This document shows, in pieces, positions 37,711 to 50,400 of a stretch of 64,000 bases of DNA. A program made the position numbers and the translations under genes. The first letter of the stretch is position 1. Every line of letters begins with the position of its first letter. Source of the stretch: Macrostomum lignano (Eukaryota); assembly GCA_002269645.1 (NCBI GenBank), contig NIVC01003151.1, positions 1 to 64,000 on the forward strand, given 5' to 3'. The notes under the pieces are model-generated. The model was not told the DNA's origin. It did not search any database and saw only the letters and a program-made list of their open reading frames with translations.

Positions 37711-40700
37711 ATGTCGGGCAACTCAGCTGCAGGCAATCAGCCTGATCGATCCCACCTGATGCTTCTTGCTGAGCTGCTGGTGTTCTCAATAGGCCTGTCT
37801 GGCTGCCTCATCATGCAGGTGGACCGCGTGCAGCCCAGCGCCTATATGGACGAAATCTTTCACGTGCCAATGGCGCAGAAATATTGCCAAGGGATTTACA
37901 CCGAATGGGATCCGAAGATCACTACACCGCCGGGTTTGTACGCGATGTCCGCTGCTGTGCTGCGATTGGCTGGCAAGCTTACCGGCTCCTCCTCCACAGA
38001 TACCAACTCGTTATGCAGCGTGTTCTTCCTACGACTGACCAACTTAGTGTACTTTCTAATCAGCTTCCTGTCTGTCTACGGCATTCTGTCGTCTCCGCGG
38101 CACTATGACGTCACAGGCGACAGCGGCGCCTTGCCGGAGCCTAGAGTTCGCGTGTTGAAATCGTTCAGCGTGTCGCTTCTGCCGGTGTCGTTCTTCTTTG
38201 TCAGCCTGTTCTACACCGACCAGGCCTCTACAGCCTGCCTCTTGGCGGCCTATTTCATGCAGCTCAACGAGCACCGCCTGCTAGCTGGGTTGCTGGGCTG
38301 TCTGGCAGTGGCCTGCCGGCAGACCAACGCCGTTTGGCTGCTGTTCTTTCTGGGCATGGAGCTGGACAGGGCCTGGGAGAACCGGCTGCGCGGCCTGGCC
38401 AAGCGGCGGGAGGAAGACGAGGGGAGCGAAGGTGAGCGACTGGCGTGGAGGCTTTTGGTTAAGAACCTTGCTTAAGTAGTTGAGTGAGATTCTGTGTAGG
38501 AGTTGAGTGAGATTCTGTGTCGGAGTTGAGTGAGATTCTGTGTAGGAGTTGAGTGAGATTCTGTGTCGGAGTTGAGTGAGATTCTGTGTCGGAGTTGAGT
38601 GAGATTCTGTGTAGGAGTTGAGTGAGATTCTGTGTCGGAGTTGAGTGAGATTCTGTGTCGGAGTTGAGTGAGATTCTGTGTCGGAGTTGAGTGAGATTCT
38701 GTGTCGGAGTTGAGTGAGATTCTGTGTCGGAGTTGAGTGAGATTCTGTGTCGGAGTTGAGTGAGATTCTGTGTCGGAGTTGAGTGAGATTCTGTGTCGGA
38801 GTTGAGTGAGATTCTGGTGGAGTTGAGTGAGATTCTGTGTCGGAGTTGAGTGAGATTCTGTGTCGGAGTTGAGTGAGATTCTGTGTCGGAGTTGAGTGAG
38901 ATTCTGTGTAGGAGTTGAGTGAGATTCTGTGTCGGAGTTGAGTGAGATTCTGTGTCGGAGTTGAGTGAGATTCTGTGTCGGAGTTGAGTGAGATTCTGTG
39001 TCGGAGTTGAGTGAGATTCTGGTGGAGTTGAGTGAGATTCTGGTGGAGTTGAGTGAGATTGTGGTGGAGTTAAGTGAGATTCTGAGGTGTTTGAGTAAGA
39101 TACTGGGGTGTTTAGGTGAGATTCTGGGGTGTTGAAGTGAGATTCTGGGGTGTATATGTGAGATTCTGGGGTGTATATGTGAGATTCTGGGGTGTATATG
39201 TGAGATTCTGGGGTGTTGAAGTGAGATTCTGGGGTGTTTAGGTGAGATTCTGGGGAATTTTATAGTGTGAATAACAATCCCAAATGTTATTAAATGTTAA
39301 ACAAAGATTTTTTAATTTCCTGTCTTAACTTGTGTTTTATGACAAGATTTTGATCCCAATTAACAGTCTTGATTGTCTTGAAATTCCCTAAAACAAGTCC
39401 CGTATTTATTGGATTTTCCCTCAGCTGCCGCTCCGCCGCCGTCGCTATGGTCGGAGGCGTCGGCCATACTCGGCCACCCATTCCAGTTCTTTGTCACCGG
39501 CTGCCGAGTGGCTTTCCAATCCTGGCCTCTAGTAGCAGTCCTAGTCGCATTCGCTGTCCTTGTTCGCCTGAACGGCGGCGTAGCTCTGGGCGACCGGTCG
39601 GCTCACGAGGCCCGCCTGCACAGTCCGCAGGCTTTGTACTTTCTAGGCTTTTGTGTTGCTATGCACCCCGCCGCGGCGGCTCGGCTCGTCTGGGCGGCGG
39701 CGCGAGCGCCTAGCGCGATAAAAGCGCGCTGGATACGCGGAATGGCGCTACCAATTGTGGCGCTTAGCACGCTTGCCTGTCTAGCTGTCAGGTGAGTGGA
39801 TAGAGATGTTTTAATTTTTGTGGCCAATTTTCAAAATATTCCACGATTAATGATGGGTCTGATTTTTTTCATAGATTTCATATATTTAATAAGGTTGGGT
39901 TCTGACTTCTGAGGCACTGGGGTGCTGAGGCAGTGGGGTGCTGAGGCAGTGAGGTGCTGAGGCAGTGGGGTGCTGAGGCAGTGAGGTGCTGAGGCAGTGG
40001 GGTGCTGAGGCAGTGGGGTGCTGAGGCACTAGGGTGCTGAGGCACTGGGGTGCTGAGGCACTGGGGTGCTGAGGCACTGGGGTGCTGAGGCACTGGGGTG
40101 CTGAGGCACTGGGGTGCTGAGGCACTGGGGTGCTGAGGCACTGGGGTGCTGAGGCACTGGGGTGAAAATGCTGAGTTTTGCTACTGAGGAAAATCGAAGT
40201 GGGACAAGAAGCTTCAGATGATCAGCTGATAAATGAAATTTATCCATATATTGAATAATCCTATTTTAGTCTATGGCCAATGCCATGAACTCTATTATTA
40301 ATACTTGGCCAACCCTGCACTCCCAGGTACCAAACCTACGAGCATCCCTACCTGCTAGCCGACAATCGCCACCTGACATTCTATATTTGGCAGCGAGTAT
40401 TCCAGCGCCATTGGCTAATCCGCTACCTGCTAATCCCGGCTTACACCGGCTCTCTGATAGTCTATTGGCAGTCCGTGCCCCGGTCCTGCCTGTTCCGCTT
40501 GGCGCTGCTCGGCTGCAGCGCCCTGGCCCTCGTGCCGGCCTCTCTAATAGAGCCTCGCTATTTCATCGCTCCCTGGTTGCTATGGAGACTAAGCGCTGTC
40601 AGGCACGACAGTCGGCGCTGGTTGCTGGCCGAGGCGGCTTATTTTGCCGCGGTCAATGCCGCGGTTTACTGGCTGTTCCTGAGGCGGCCGTTTCTCTGGC

Positions 40701-40735
40701 CTGGGGTGCCCGAGGAGCAGCGGTTTGTCTGGTAG
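37711..40735 (+). CDS. ALG10: Dol-P-Glc:Glc2Man9GlcNAc2-PP-Dol alpha-1,2-glucosyltransferase, ~498 aa
   Basis: Exons 37711-38431, 39425-39791, 40327-40735 with matching phases (1 and 2). Motifs YMDEIFH, WDPKITTPPGLY, FYTD, RQTN, HPYLLADNRH, EPRYF. Confidence 0.93.
38477..39255. repeat. 23-bp minisatellite (gagttgagtgagattctgtgtcg), ALG10 intron 1
   Basis: Tandem units, degenerating towards the 3' end. Confidence 0.95.
39908..40164. repeat. 16-bp minisatellite (ctgaggcactggggtg), ALG10 intron 2
   Basis: About 16 units. Confidence 0.95.
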
Positions 40736-41596
40736 CCGGAATTGGGGGCCTGATTGCGATTTTAAATTTTCTATTAGCGAGATGAGAAGTTTTCCTGGCC
40801 ATATAACAGATTTGAAATTTTTTTGAATTAAATATTCATGTTAGAATGAGCTCCCTTAATCCCTGTCATCAATAAACTCAACTGAGTCATGGCATCTCAG
40901 CACTTCCCCATTGAGTCATGGCATCTCAGCACCTCCCCATTGAGCCTCTGCATCACAGAAACTCTCTATTGGGCCTTATGAAGTTCAGGCTTCAGACTTA
41001 AGCTCAACAAATGCAACCTTCAATGTAGTGCAGTGCGCCAAGTTCCTCGCCGGATAATACATTTTAAAACAAGATTTTACCATGAATTAATTTTGACCAT
41101 TTTTTAAGATGTTTTGCGTTCTTTTATAGAAAAAATGTTACTAAAAATTTGGTCAGTTGGGTTCTGTCTGTGTTGTAGGTGATGTTCCAGTGGTCTGCTA
41201 CTAAATTATAGTGAAATATTTAGTTATATCTTTGAGAAAATTCATCCCATCAGCTCCTTAGCTGTTGTGCCCGTGAAAATCGCATTCAGTCACTTGTTAA
41301 TATCATTATTTTTTGTTTGAATCTAGGCATCTGTCTGTTAGTTTATTTATTGAAATATGCTGCTGGGCATTTTGCATTCTTTACTTCTCTATAACTTGTG
41401 CTCACCGACATTATGAATGTGCCTTTATCGGTGATGCGATTATAATGGCTGTCCTGGTGTTAGTGCTCCAGCAATGCTTAATTATTAATAAATGTCTGCA
41501 TTAAATAAATGGTGTACCTGTTTTAGCCATAGTTTTAATCTGGTGTTCACCGCGACTCACATGTACTAATTTCAAGATCACTGTTATTTAGTAGAC

Positions 41597-42262
41597 ACCA
41601 TTCACTATCTAATAAATTGGCATTCACTATCCAAGGAATCGCCATTCACTAAGGAATCGCCATTCACTATCTAAGGAATCGCCATTCACTACCTATAAGG
41701 AATCGCCATTCACTAAGGAATCGCCATTCACTATCTATAAGGAATCGCCATTCACTAAGGAATCGCAATTCACTATCTATAAGGAATCGCCATTCACTAA
41801 GGAATCGCCATTCACTATCTATAAGGAATCGCCATTCACTAAGGAATCGCAATTCACTATCTATAAGGAATCGCCATTCACTATCTAAGGAATCGCCATT
41901 CACTATCTATAAGGAATTGCCATTCACTATCTAAGGAATCGCCATTCACTATCTATAAGGAATCGCCATTCACTATCTATAAGAAATCGCCATTCACTAA
42001 GGAATCGCCATTCACTATCTATAAGGAATCGCCATTCACTATCTAAGGAATCGCCATTCACTATCTATAAGGAATTTCCATTCACTATCTATAAGGAATC
42101 GCCATTCACTATCTATAAGAAATCGCCATTCACTAAGGAATCGCCATTCACTATCTATAAGGAATCGCCATTCACTATCTAAGGAATCGCCATTCACTAT
42201 CTATAAGGAATTTCCATTCACTATCTAAGGAATTGCCATTCACTATCTAAGGAATTGGCATT
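41597..42262. repeat. 16-24-bp minisatellite (aaggaatcgccattcactatctat) between ALG10 and DDX55
   Basis: Tandem units of variable length. Confidence 0.93.
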
Positions 42263-42301
42263 CGCTATTAAAAGAAATCGCTATACCTCATTATCTTTTG
42301 C

Positions 42302-45300
42302 ATGCAGGAGCAGCAATCGCAGCAGCCCCTCCCTCAGCCAAGCGGCTGGCAGCTGGACAGAGTCGAGCTGTCCCCAGCTGCTCAATCCGCTATCGCGGCT
42401 CTTGGCTTCGCTGCACCAACCCCAGTCCAGCGAGCCTGCATCCCGCTGCTGCTCAGCAACAAGGATGTAGCGGCGGAGGCTGTGACGGGGTCGGGCAAAA
42501 CCCTGGCTTACCTGTTGCCGGCTCTGGAGCTGCTGTCCCGCCGGCCGGAGCCTTGGGGCCGCGGAGAAACCGGCGCCGTGATTGTGGCGCCGACAGCTGA
42601 GCTGGCCAGGCAGGTGAGCGGAGTGCTGGCTTTCCTGATGCCGCACTATGAGCGGCATCGCCAGCCCGGCAGCTGGGGCCAGCTGCTGCTCACTAGGGGC
42701 TGCTCGCAGGCTGAGATTGATGCGGCTCTGGCTAAGGTGAGTACTATGAGGCTGGGATAATGCTAAAACTCCCAATATGCCAAGATCTCTAGGCCTTGTG
42801 TCATGACTCACAAGACTCTAGTTCTATAATCTTAGTCAAATAATTAAATTCCACTATTCCCAAGATCACCATTCCCAAGATCATCGGTCCCCAGATCCTC
42901 AATCCCAAGATCCCCATTCCCAAGATCCCCATTCCCAAGATCCCCATTTCCCAGATTCCCACTCCCCAGATCCCCACTCTCAAGATCCCCATTCCCAAGA
43001 TCCATATTACCAAGATCCCTATTCCCAAAATCCTCATTCCCAAGATCCCATTCTCAAGATCCCTATTCTTAAGGTCCCTATTCTCAAGATCCCTATTCCC
43101 AAGATTCCAGTCCCAAGATGCCCTTTCCCAAGATCCAGCTATTCCCAAGATCCATATTCCCAAGATCCCTATTCATAAGATCCCATTCCCATCCATATTC
43201 CCAAGATGCCCTTTCCCAAGATCCAGCCATTCCCAAGATCCAGCCATTCCCAAGATCCATATTCCCAAGATCCCTATTCCCAAGATCCCTATTCCCAAGA
43301 TCCCTATTCCCAAGATCCCATTCCCAAAATCCATATTCCCAAGATCCCATTCCCAAAATCCATATTCCCAAGATGCCCATTCCCAAGATCCAGCCATTCC
43401 CAAGATCCAGCCATTCCCAAGATCCCTATTCCCAAGATCCCTATTCCCAAGATCCCTATTCCCAAGATGCCTATTCCCAAGATCCCTATTCCCAAGATCC
43501 CATTCCCAAAATCCATATTCCCAAGATGCCCATTCCCAAGATCCTCAAAGCCTTGGCCTCCCCCAAACACGCAGGGCGCCACCCTAGTCGTAGCCACCCC
43601 GCGCCGTCTCAGCGACCTGTTGGAGTCGAGCTGCTCAACCGGCGAGCGGCTTTGCTCGGCTCTGCGCTCGGTGGAGCTGCTGGTGCTGGACGAAGCGGAC
43701 CGGCTGCTGCAGCAGGGCTTCCGCCCGGCCCTGGACGCCCTGCTGTCCCGCCTGCCGAAGCAGCGCCGCACGGGGCTGTTCAGCGCTACGCAGACTCGCG
43801 AGCTGGAGCAGCTGGTGCGGGCCGGCCTGCGCAACCCGGTGTCGGTGCGGGTGACAGAGAAGCTGGCCAGGGTGCCGGCCGGCCTCACCAACCTCTACTG
43901 CGAGATTGCGGCCGATAAGAAACTGGACTTCCTGTGCACCTTTTTGATGGAGCATGCCGCTGAGCAGAAGGTTAATTAGAGCTCCGTGTCACTGGCGATG
44001 ATGTCTGGGATTTAAATTAGTCTTTCGAAGATATTGGGATATGGGGATTTTAGTTGGGATATGAGGATTCCAGTTGGGATATGGGGATTTCAGTTAGATA
44101 TTGGGGATTTCAGTTGGATATTGGGGATTTCAGTTGGGATATGGGGATTTCAGTTGGATATTGGGGATTTCAGTTGGATATTGGGGATTTCAGTTGGGAT
44201 ATGGGGATTTCAGTTGGATATTGGGGATTTCAGTTGGATATTGGGGATTTCAGTTGGGATATGGGGATTTCAGTTGGATATTGGGGATTTCAGTTGGGAT
44301 ATGGGGATTTTAGTTGGGATATGAGGATTTCAGTTGGGATATGAGGATTACAGTTGGGATATGAGGATTTCAGTTGGGATTTGGGGTTTTCAGTTAAGTT
44401 GTGGGGATTTCAGTTAAGTTATGGTGATTTCAGTTGGAATATGGGGATTTCAGTTGGGATATGGGGATTTCAGTTGGGATATGGGGATTTTAGTCGGGAT
44501 ATGAGGATTTCAGTTGGGATATGAGGATTTCAGTTGGGATATGAGGATTTCAGTTGGGATATGAGGATTTCAGTTGGGATTTGGGGTTTTCAGTTAAGTT
44601 ATGGTGATTTCAGTTGGAATATGGGGATTTAAGTTGGGATATGGGGATTTCAGTTGGGATATGGGGATTTCAGTTGGGATATGGGGATTTTAGTCGGGAT
44701 ATGAGGATTTCAGTTGGGATATGAGGATTTCAGTTGGGATATGAGGATTTCAGTTGGGATATGAGGATTTCAGTTGGGATATGAGGATTTCGGTTATGAT
44801 ATGAGGAATTCAGTTGGGATATGAGGATTTCAGTTGGGATATGAGGATTTCAGTTGGGATTTGGGGTTTTCAGTTAAGTTGTGGGGATTTCAGTTAAGTT
44901 ATGGGGATTTTAGGTGAGTTTTGGGATTTGAGTAGATTGTTGGGATTTGGGAAAATTTTTGGGATTTGAGTAGATTTTTGGGATTAGAGTAACATCGCTG
45001 CCAATAATCTCCCGCAGGTGCTGGTATTCGTGGCCACCTGTGCCGTAGCGGACTACCTGGCCAAGGCGCTGCGCCAGCTCCGCCCCGACCTGCCGCCGCT
45101 GTCCGCCATCCACGGCCGGATGCGCAAGAAGCGCCGCTCCGTGTTCGCCGCCTTCGCCAGCTGCCGCTCCGGCGCCCTCGTCTGCACCGACGTCCTGGCT
45201 CGCGGCGTCGACTTGCCCGACGTTGCCTGGGTGCTGCAGCTGGACCCGCCCACCAGCGCCGAGCATTTCGTGCACCGCTGCGGCCGCACCGCCCGCATTG

Positions 45301-46741
45301 GCCGGCTGGGCCGGGCCATGCTGCTGCTGCAGCCGCACGAGCTGGAGTACGTGGAGTTCCTCAGGCTGAACCAGGGCGTTGCGGTGAGCAACTGGGGCTC
45401 GTCTCATGGCTGAGATCCGTCTCATGGCTGAGATCCATCTCATGAGTATAAGATTGGTCTCTATTGAGAGTGAGATTCGTCTCTATCTAGAGTGAGATTC
45501 GTCTCTATCTAGAGTGAGATTCGTCTCTATCTAGAGGGAGAATCATAGGGAGAATCATCTATCTAGAGTGAGATTTTTCTCTATCTAGTATTGAGATTCG
45601 TCTAGCTGTAGAAAGGCTTCATTAATGTGTCCGCTCGCATAGTTGCCTATTAGTTTGAGCTCAGCAGCAGTTAAATCTCTACCATTTCAACTCGTCCACC
45701 CGTCTCGTTTATCAGGTGGAGCGCCAGGAGCTACAGCAGGTGTACAACAGTCTGACAGACTTGGGCCCGCAGCTGCGCCAGCTGTGCAGTCGGGACCGCC
45801 TGCTGTGCGAGAAATCCGTCCGAGCTTTCGTGTCCTACGTGCAGTTCTACAGGAAGCACGAGTGCCGCCTGCTGTTCCGCCTGCGCGACCTCAACATCGG
45901 CCGGCTGGCCACGGCGTTCGGGCTGCTGCGCCTGCCCAGAATGCCCGAGCTGCGCAAGCTGGCCGTGACCGACTTCGACCCGGTCAAGGACGTCGACGTC
46001 GGGGCGATTCCGTATCTGGATCGGAGCGTTCGGCGGCAGCGGGCGAAGCAGGAGCAGCTGCGGCAGGTGCGTGCAAATCCCTTTCCATTCATATTTTTGA
46101 TTGCTAATCTTACATTTTATAATTCTTGATCCCAAATCCAATTATTTAACTTCTGTTACAAGATCTCATTTTGTTATTTCAGATTCCAGATCCCGTTTTG
46201 TAATTTCTGATCCCAGGTCCCATTTCTTAAGTTCTGATTCCAGATCCCATTTCTTTTAATTTCTGATCCCAGATCCTATTTAATTTGTGATCCGAGATCT
46301 CATTTCTTAATTTCTGATTCCAGATCCATTCACTAATTTCTGATCCCAGATCCCATTCACTAACTTTTGATCCCAGATCCCATTCACTAATTTCTGATCC
46401 CAGTCCCAGATCCCATTCTTGGTCACGTAGATTCCGAATTCCCAAATCCTCAGCCATAAATCACACCTGCTGTCCCCCAGGAGAAGCCCAAAAACGACCT
46501 GTCGGCGCTGCCCGCCTACCGCCGGCTGCGGATAGAACGGTGTCGAGAGCGCGAAGCGCGCGCCGCCAAACGAAAGCGCCGCGCGCCCGGCGGCAAAGAG
46601 GACGGCGCCGGCCTTGACGACGAAGACCTGGCCGAGTTGGAGCGCGATGTCGGACTGCTGAAGAAGCTGAGAAAAGGTCGCATCAGCACCGATCAGTTTG
46701 ACGAGGCCTTCTGCCCGCGGGGGTCAGACGAGGACAACTGA
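42302..46741 (+). CDS. DDX55: DEAD-box RNA helicase DDX55/Spb4
   Basis: Exons 42302 (or 42308)-42736, 43575-43970, 45018-45383, 45716-46066, 46481-46741, all phase 0. Q motif GFAAPTPVQ, AEAVTGSGKT, LDEADRL, SAT, ARGVD, HRCGRTAR, and the C-terminal LLKKLRKGRIS signature. Confidence 0.93.
42855..43545. repeat. ~15-bp minisatellite (attcccaagatccct), DDX55 intron 1
   Basis: Tandem degenerate units. Confidence 0.92.
44032..44912. repeat. 20-bp minisatellite (ggggatttcagttgggatat), DDX55 intron 2
   Basis: Tandem units. Confidence 0.93.
45455..45600. repeat. 22-bp short array (ctagagtgagattcgtctctat), DDX55 intron 3
   Basis: About 4-6 degenerate units. Confidence 0.75.
46120..46420. repeat. Degenerate ttctgatcccagatcccatt array, DDX55 intron 4
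   Basis: Repeated gatcccagatccc words. Confidence 0.75.
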
Positions 46742-47407
46742 CTGAACTGGCCGGGTCGCTCATATTGCCAGCGCATTTTCTTACGCGTAAATAGAAAACT
46801 AATAACGCTACTATTAGTAGTAAAATAAAAAAAAGAAATTTTAACAATGGCTTGCGAGTTTGTTAGTTTATGAAGACAAAAAGGTTAAAAAATGTACGCG
46901 AGGTAAAAGACAGCAGTGCTTATTTTTATTCATTATTTTTATTACAGTACAAAGCAAAGCAGACCACAGGTCGACACCAAGGCCATTCATTTATGCACAC
47001 TACAGAATAACAGTTCGCGTTACATACAATACAGTACATTTATTTACTCTTGATGTGCGAGTAAACTTAACGAAGTGGAATTGCGTTGCTACTGTAATGA
47101 AAGCGGAGTCAGTAGTTAAATATGTACATAATGTGTAAAGTACGTACGTGCCAGACGATAAAATAGTAGGGTACACTATTGAAGGCCAGGACCCCAGTCT
47201 GAATAAATGTAACAGTCACAGCAAATGAGAAAAACGGGTCACTGCATAAGCCAGAGGCAGCGAAATAGTCAATCAAGCACTGTGCAGCGCATTTTCATGT
47301 GAAGCTGTTTATTATACACCAATATTTAGCGGAGTCTTGAAGATCTAAACTCTCGGCGATGTGCAGTGCATACTACTAATTGGTAGCAAAAGTAGAACAG
47401 CGTATAT

Positions 47408-50400
47408 CTACAACCAGCGGTCTTCGGCATTTTCATCCGGCAGGGTCTTTGCCTTTGACGAGTAAAACAGCGGCTGAGGCTGCGGCTGCTCGGCGTCAAA
47501 GGTGCTCAATAGGGTCAGGGTATAGTTGATGAAGGCGGCGTGGCGCAGAATCTTCACGTGCTCGGCGCCGTCAATTACAAAGCTGCGAACCTGCGGGTGA
47601 CACGTTGAAGAGGGAATGACGTGACCAAGCAAATGGGTAGGTGCAGGCTACTCAAGCATCTGGGTAGATAGGGTGGAGGCTACTCAAGCATCTGGGTCGA
47701 TAAGGTGGAGGCTACTCAAGCATCTGGGTCGATAAGGTGGAGGCTACTCAAGTATCAGAGTAGATAGGGTGGAGGCTACTCAAGCATCAGGGTAGATAGG
47801 GTGGAGGCTACTCAAGCATCTGGGTAGATAGGCTGGAGGATACTCAAGCATCTGGGTAGATAAGGTGGAGGCTACTGAAGCATCTGGGTAGATAGGGTGG
47901 AGGCTACTCAAGCATCTGGGTAGATAGGGTGGAGGCTAACTCAAGCATCTGGGTAGATAGGGTGGAGGCTACTCAAGCATCTGGGTAGATAGGCTGGAGG
48001 CTACTCAAGCATCTGGGTAGATAGGGTGGAGGCTACTCAAGCATCTGGGTAGATAAGGTGGAGGCTAACTCAAGCATCTGGGTAGATAGGGTGGAGGCTA
48101 ACTCAAGCATCTGGGTAGATAGGCTGCAGGCTACTCAAGCATCTGGGTAGATAGGCTGGAGGCTACTCAAGCATCTGGGTAGATAAGGTGGAGGCTAACT
48201 CAAGCATCTGGGTAGATAGGGTGGAGGCTAACTCAAGCATCTGGGTAGATAGGCTGCAGGCTACTCAAGCATCTGGGTAGATAGGCTGGAGGCTACTCAA
48301 GCATCTGGGTAGGCAGGTAGGTTGATCATCCCGATCCCTCAGCTCTCACCGGCTGCTTCTGAACACCCGACCAGAACTTGACGCAGGCCCGCAGGCTTCG
48401 CTCGTTGACCGTGCCGTCACCGTTGTCATTGACAATGCCCGGCTGGCTATCGGCCCACCCGGGCTCGTCGCTGGTCCACACGAATCGGCCCGGGGTCGGC
48501 AGCCCGTCGCCGTGGACGCAGTGAACCTCAACGCCGGGCGGTTTCGTCGCGTCAAAGTCGGTCAGAGACGCCAGCCGCATGGCCAGGCCCTCGGAAAGCC
48601 GATGTCAGCAAAGAATTCCGCATAGTTCGAGGAGCTGTAGTTGCGGCCCGGCCGGCTGGCAAAGGGCTCGCCAGGCGGCCAAAGGGGCGCCTGCGGCATC
48701 AGGAATGCCGAAGAGGTGAAGGAGCGCTGCAGCGGCCGGATCTGCGCAGATTTACAGGCGGGGTGCGGTGGCACCGTGTGGGAATCGGGAATCTGTCATA
48801 GACTGGTGACTAACTATGACTCATGGAAATGGTTGGCATCTTATGCTCACAGACAAGTACATCATAGCTACAGACAGGTACATCATAGCCACAGACAGGT
48901 ACCTCATAGACACAGACAGGTACTTCATAGCCACAGACAGGTACATCATAGCCACAGACAGGTACCTCATAGCCACAGACAGGTACCTCATAGCCACAGA
49001 CAGGTACCTCATAGCCACAGACAGGTACATCATAGCTACAGACAGGTACATCATAGCTACAGACAGGTACCTCATAGACACAGACAGGTACTTCATAGCC
49101 ACAGACAGGTACATCATAGCCACAGACAGGTACCTCATAGACACAGACAGGTACCTCATAGCTACAGACAGGTACCTCATAGACACAGACAGGTACTTCA
49201 TAGCCACAGACAGGTACATCATAGCCACAGACAGGTACCTCATAGACACAGACAGGTACCTCATAGACACAGACAGGTAACTCATAGCCACAGACAGGTA
49301 CCTCATAGACACAGACAGGTACCTCATAGCTACAGACAGGTACCTCATAGCTACAGACAGGTACCTCATAGCCACAGACAGGTACCTCATAGACACAGAC
49401 AGGTACCTAATCGCCATAGACAAGTACTTCAGACCAGATACAAACGCATAAATGTAAGCCATCAGCACATCATTAGTTCAACAGCTGGTGCGCCTCATTA
49501 GTAAACCGTAATCAACCAAGACTCACCGTGAGCGGCTTTTCAAATGGAATGTTGAGCGAATCGCCGCTGGACACCACTCGCACAGTTTTCACGCGCCACC
49601 CAGCGGCGCCCCCACGGCCAGAAGCGCGCGAATATGGCGCCGTTTCCAATCGGCCGATTGGTGCTGCAGAAAGCGCAGAGCCATAATGTTGCCGTAGCTG
49701 TGGGCCACCAGCAGTGCGGGCCTGTTGCCGTTGTCCCGGCAGGTGGACTCGATCAGCTGCAGCAAGTTCGAGTCGAAATTTTCCACGTCCAAATCCGGCG
49801 GCGAACGGCGAAAGTCGAACGGGACGCCTCGGACTGACACGTTTCTAGTGTAGCCCAGCTGCGAATGGCGAGAGATTGTGCGCGACTCTGTTAGTGCTTG
49901 GGAGGCCGCGAGCAGAGGAACAGAGGATTGTAGTCTAGTGGTCAGAGCGTCGGACTCACGACTTGAAGGTCGGGGGTTCGATTCCCCATTCCACTCGGAA
50001 CAATCTGTGTCCTTAAGCAAGACACTTAAATCTTAATTTCTTCAGTTCCCCCAGCTGTAAAATGGGTGCCAGCATTAGCTGGGGTAATTGAGGGTGTGTG
50101 GCGACCCCCCCCCCCCCCAGACCCAGTCATTGGACTGAACAGCCGTACGCAGCCTTCAGATGCGCCGCGCAATAGCTGCGGCTGAGCAGTCGGCTGCACA
50201 TCTGGCAGGTGTAATCAATTGTTATTTATTATCTGTTGCAGGCAACACTAGCGCCTGTCATTATCATGTTAGATATAGATACTCGCAGTAGGGCTGCAGG
50301 CACCCTGTTGCAACGCCTTTGGCGACATCGTCACACAGCCAGCGCTGAGGCAATTCCGCTCATTCCACTCATTTTAGCGCCGCAGGCACTCATTTTAGCG

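Noticed and set aside
43118-44344. IPK/QDPYS and GDFSW repeat ORFs
   Set aside because: Translations of DDX55 intronic minisatellites.
48641-49501. His/Arg-rich 286-aa ORF
   Set aside because: Translation of the 21-bp array, antisense to PLA2G15.
49925-49990. Functional tRNA gene
   Set aside because: No closed acceptor stem, and it continues into a SINE body.
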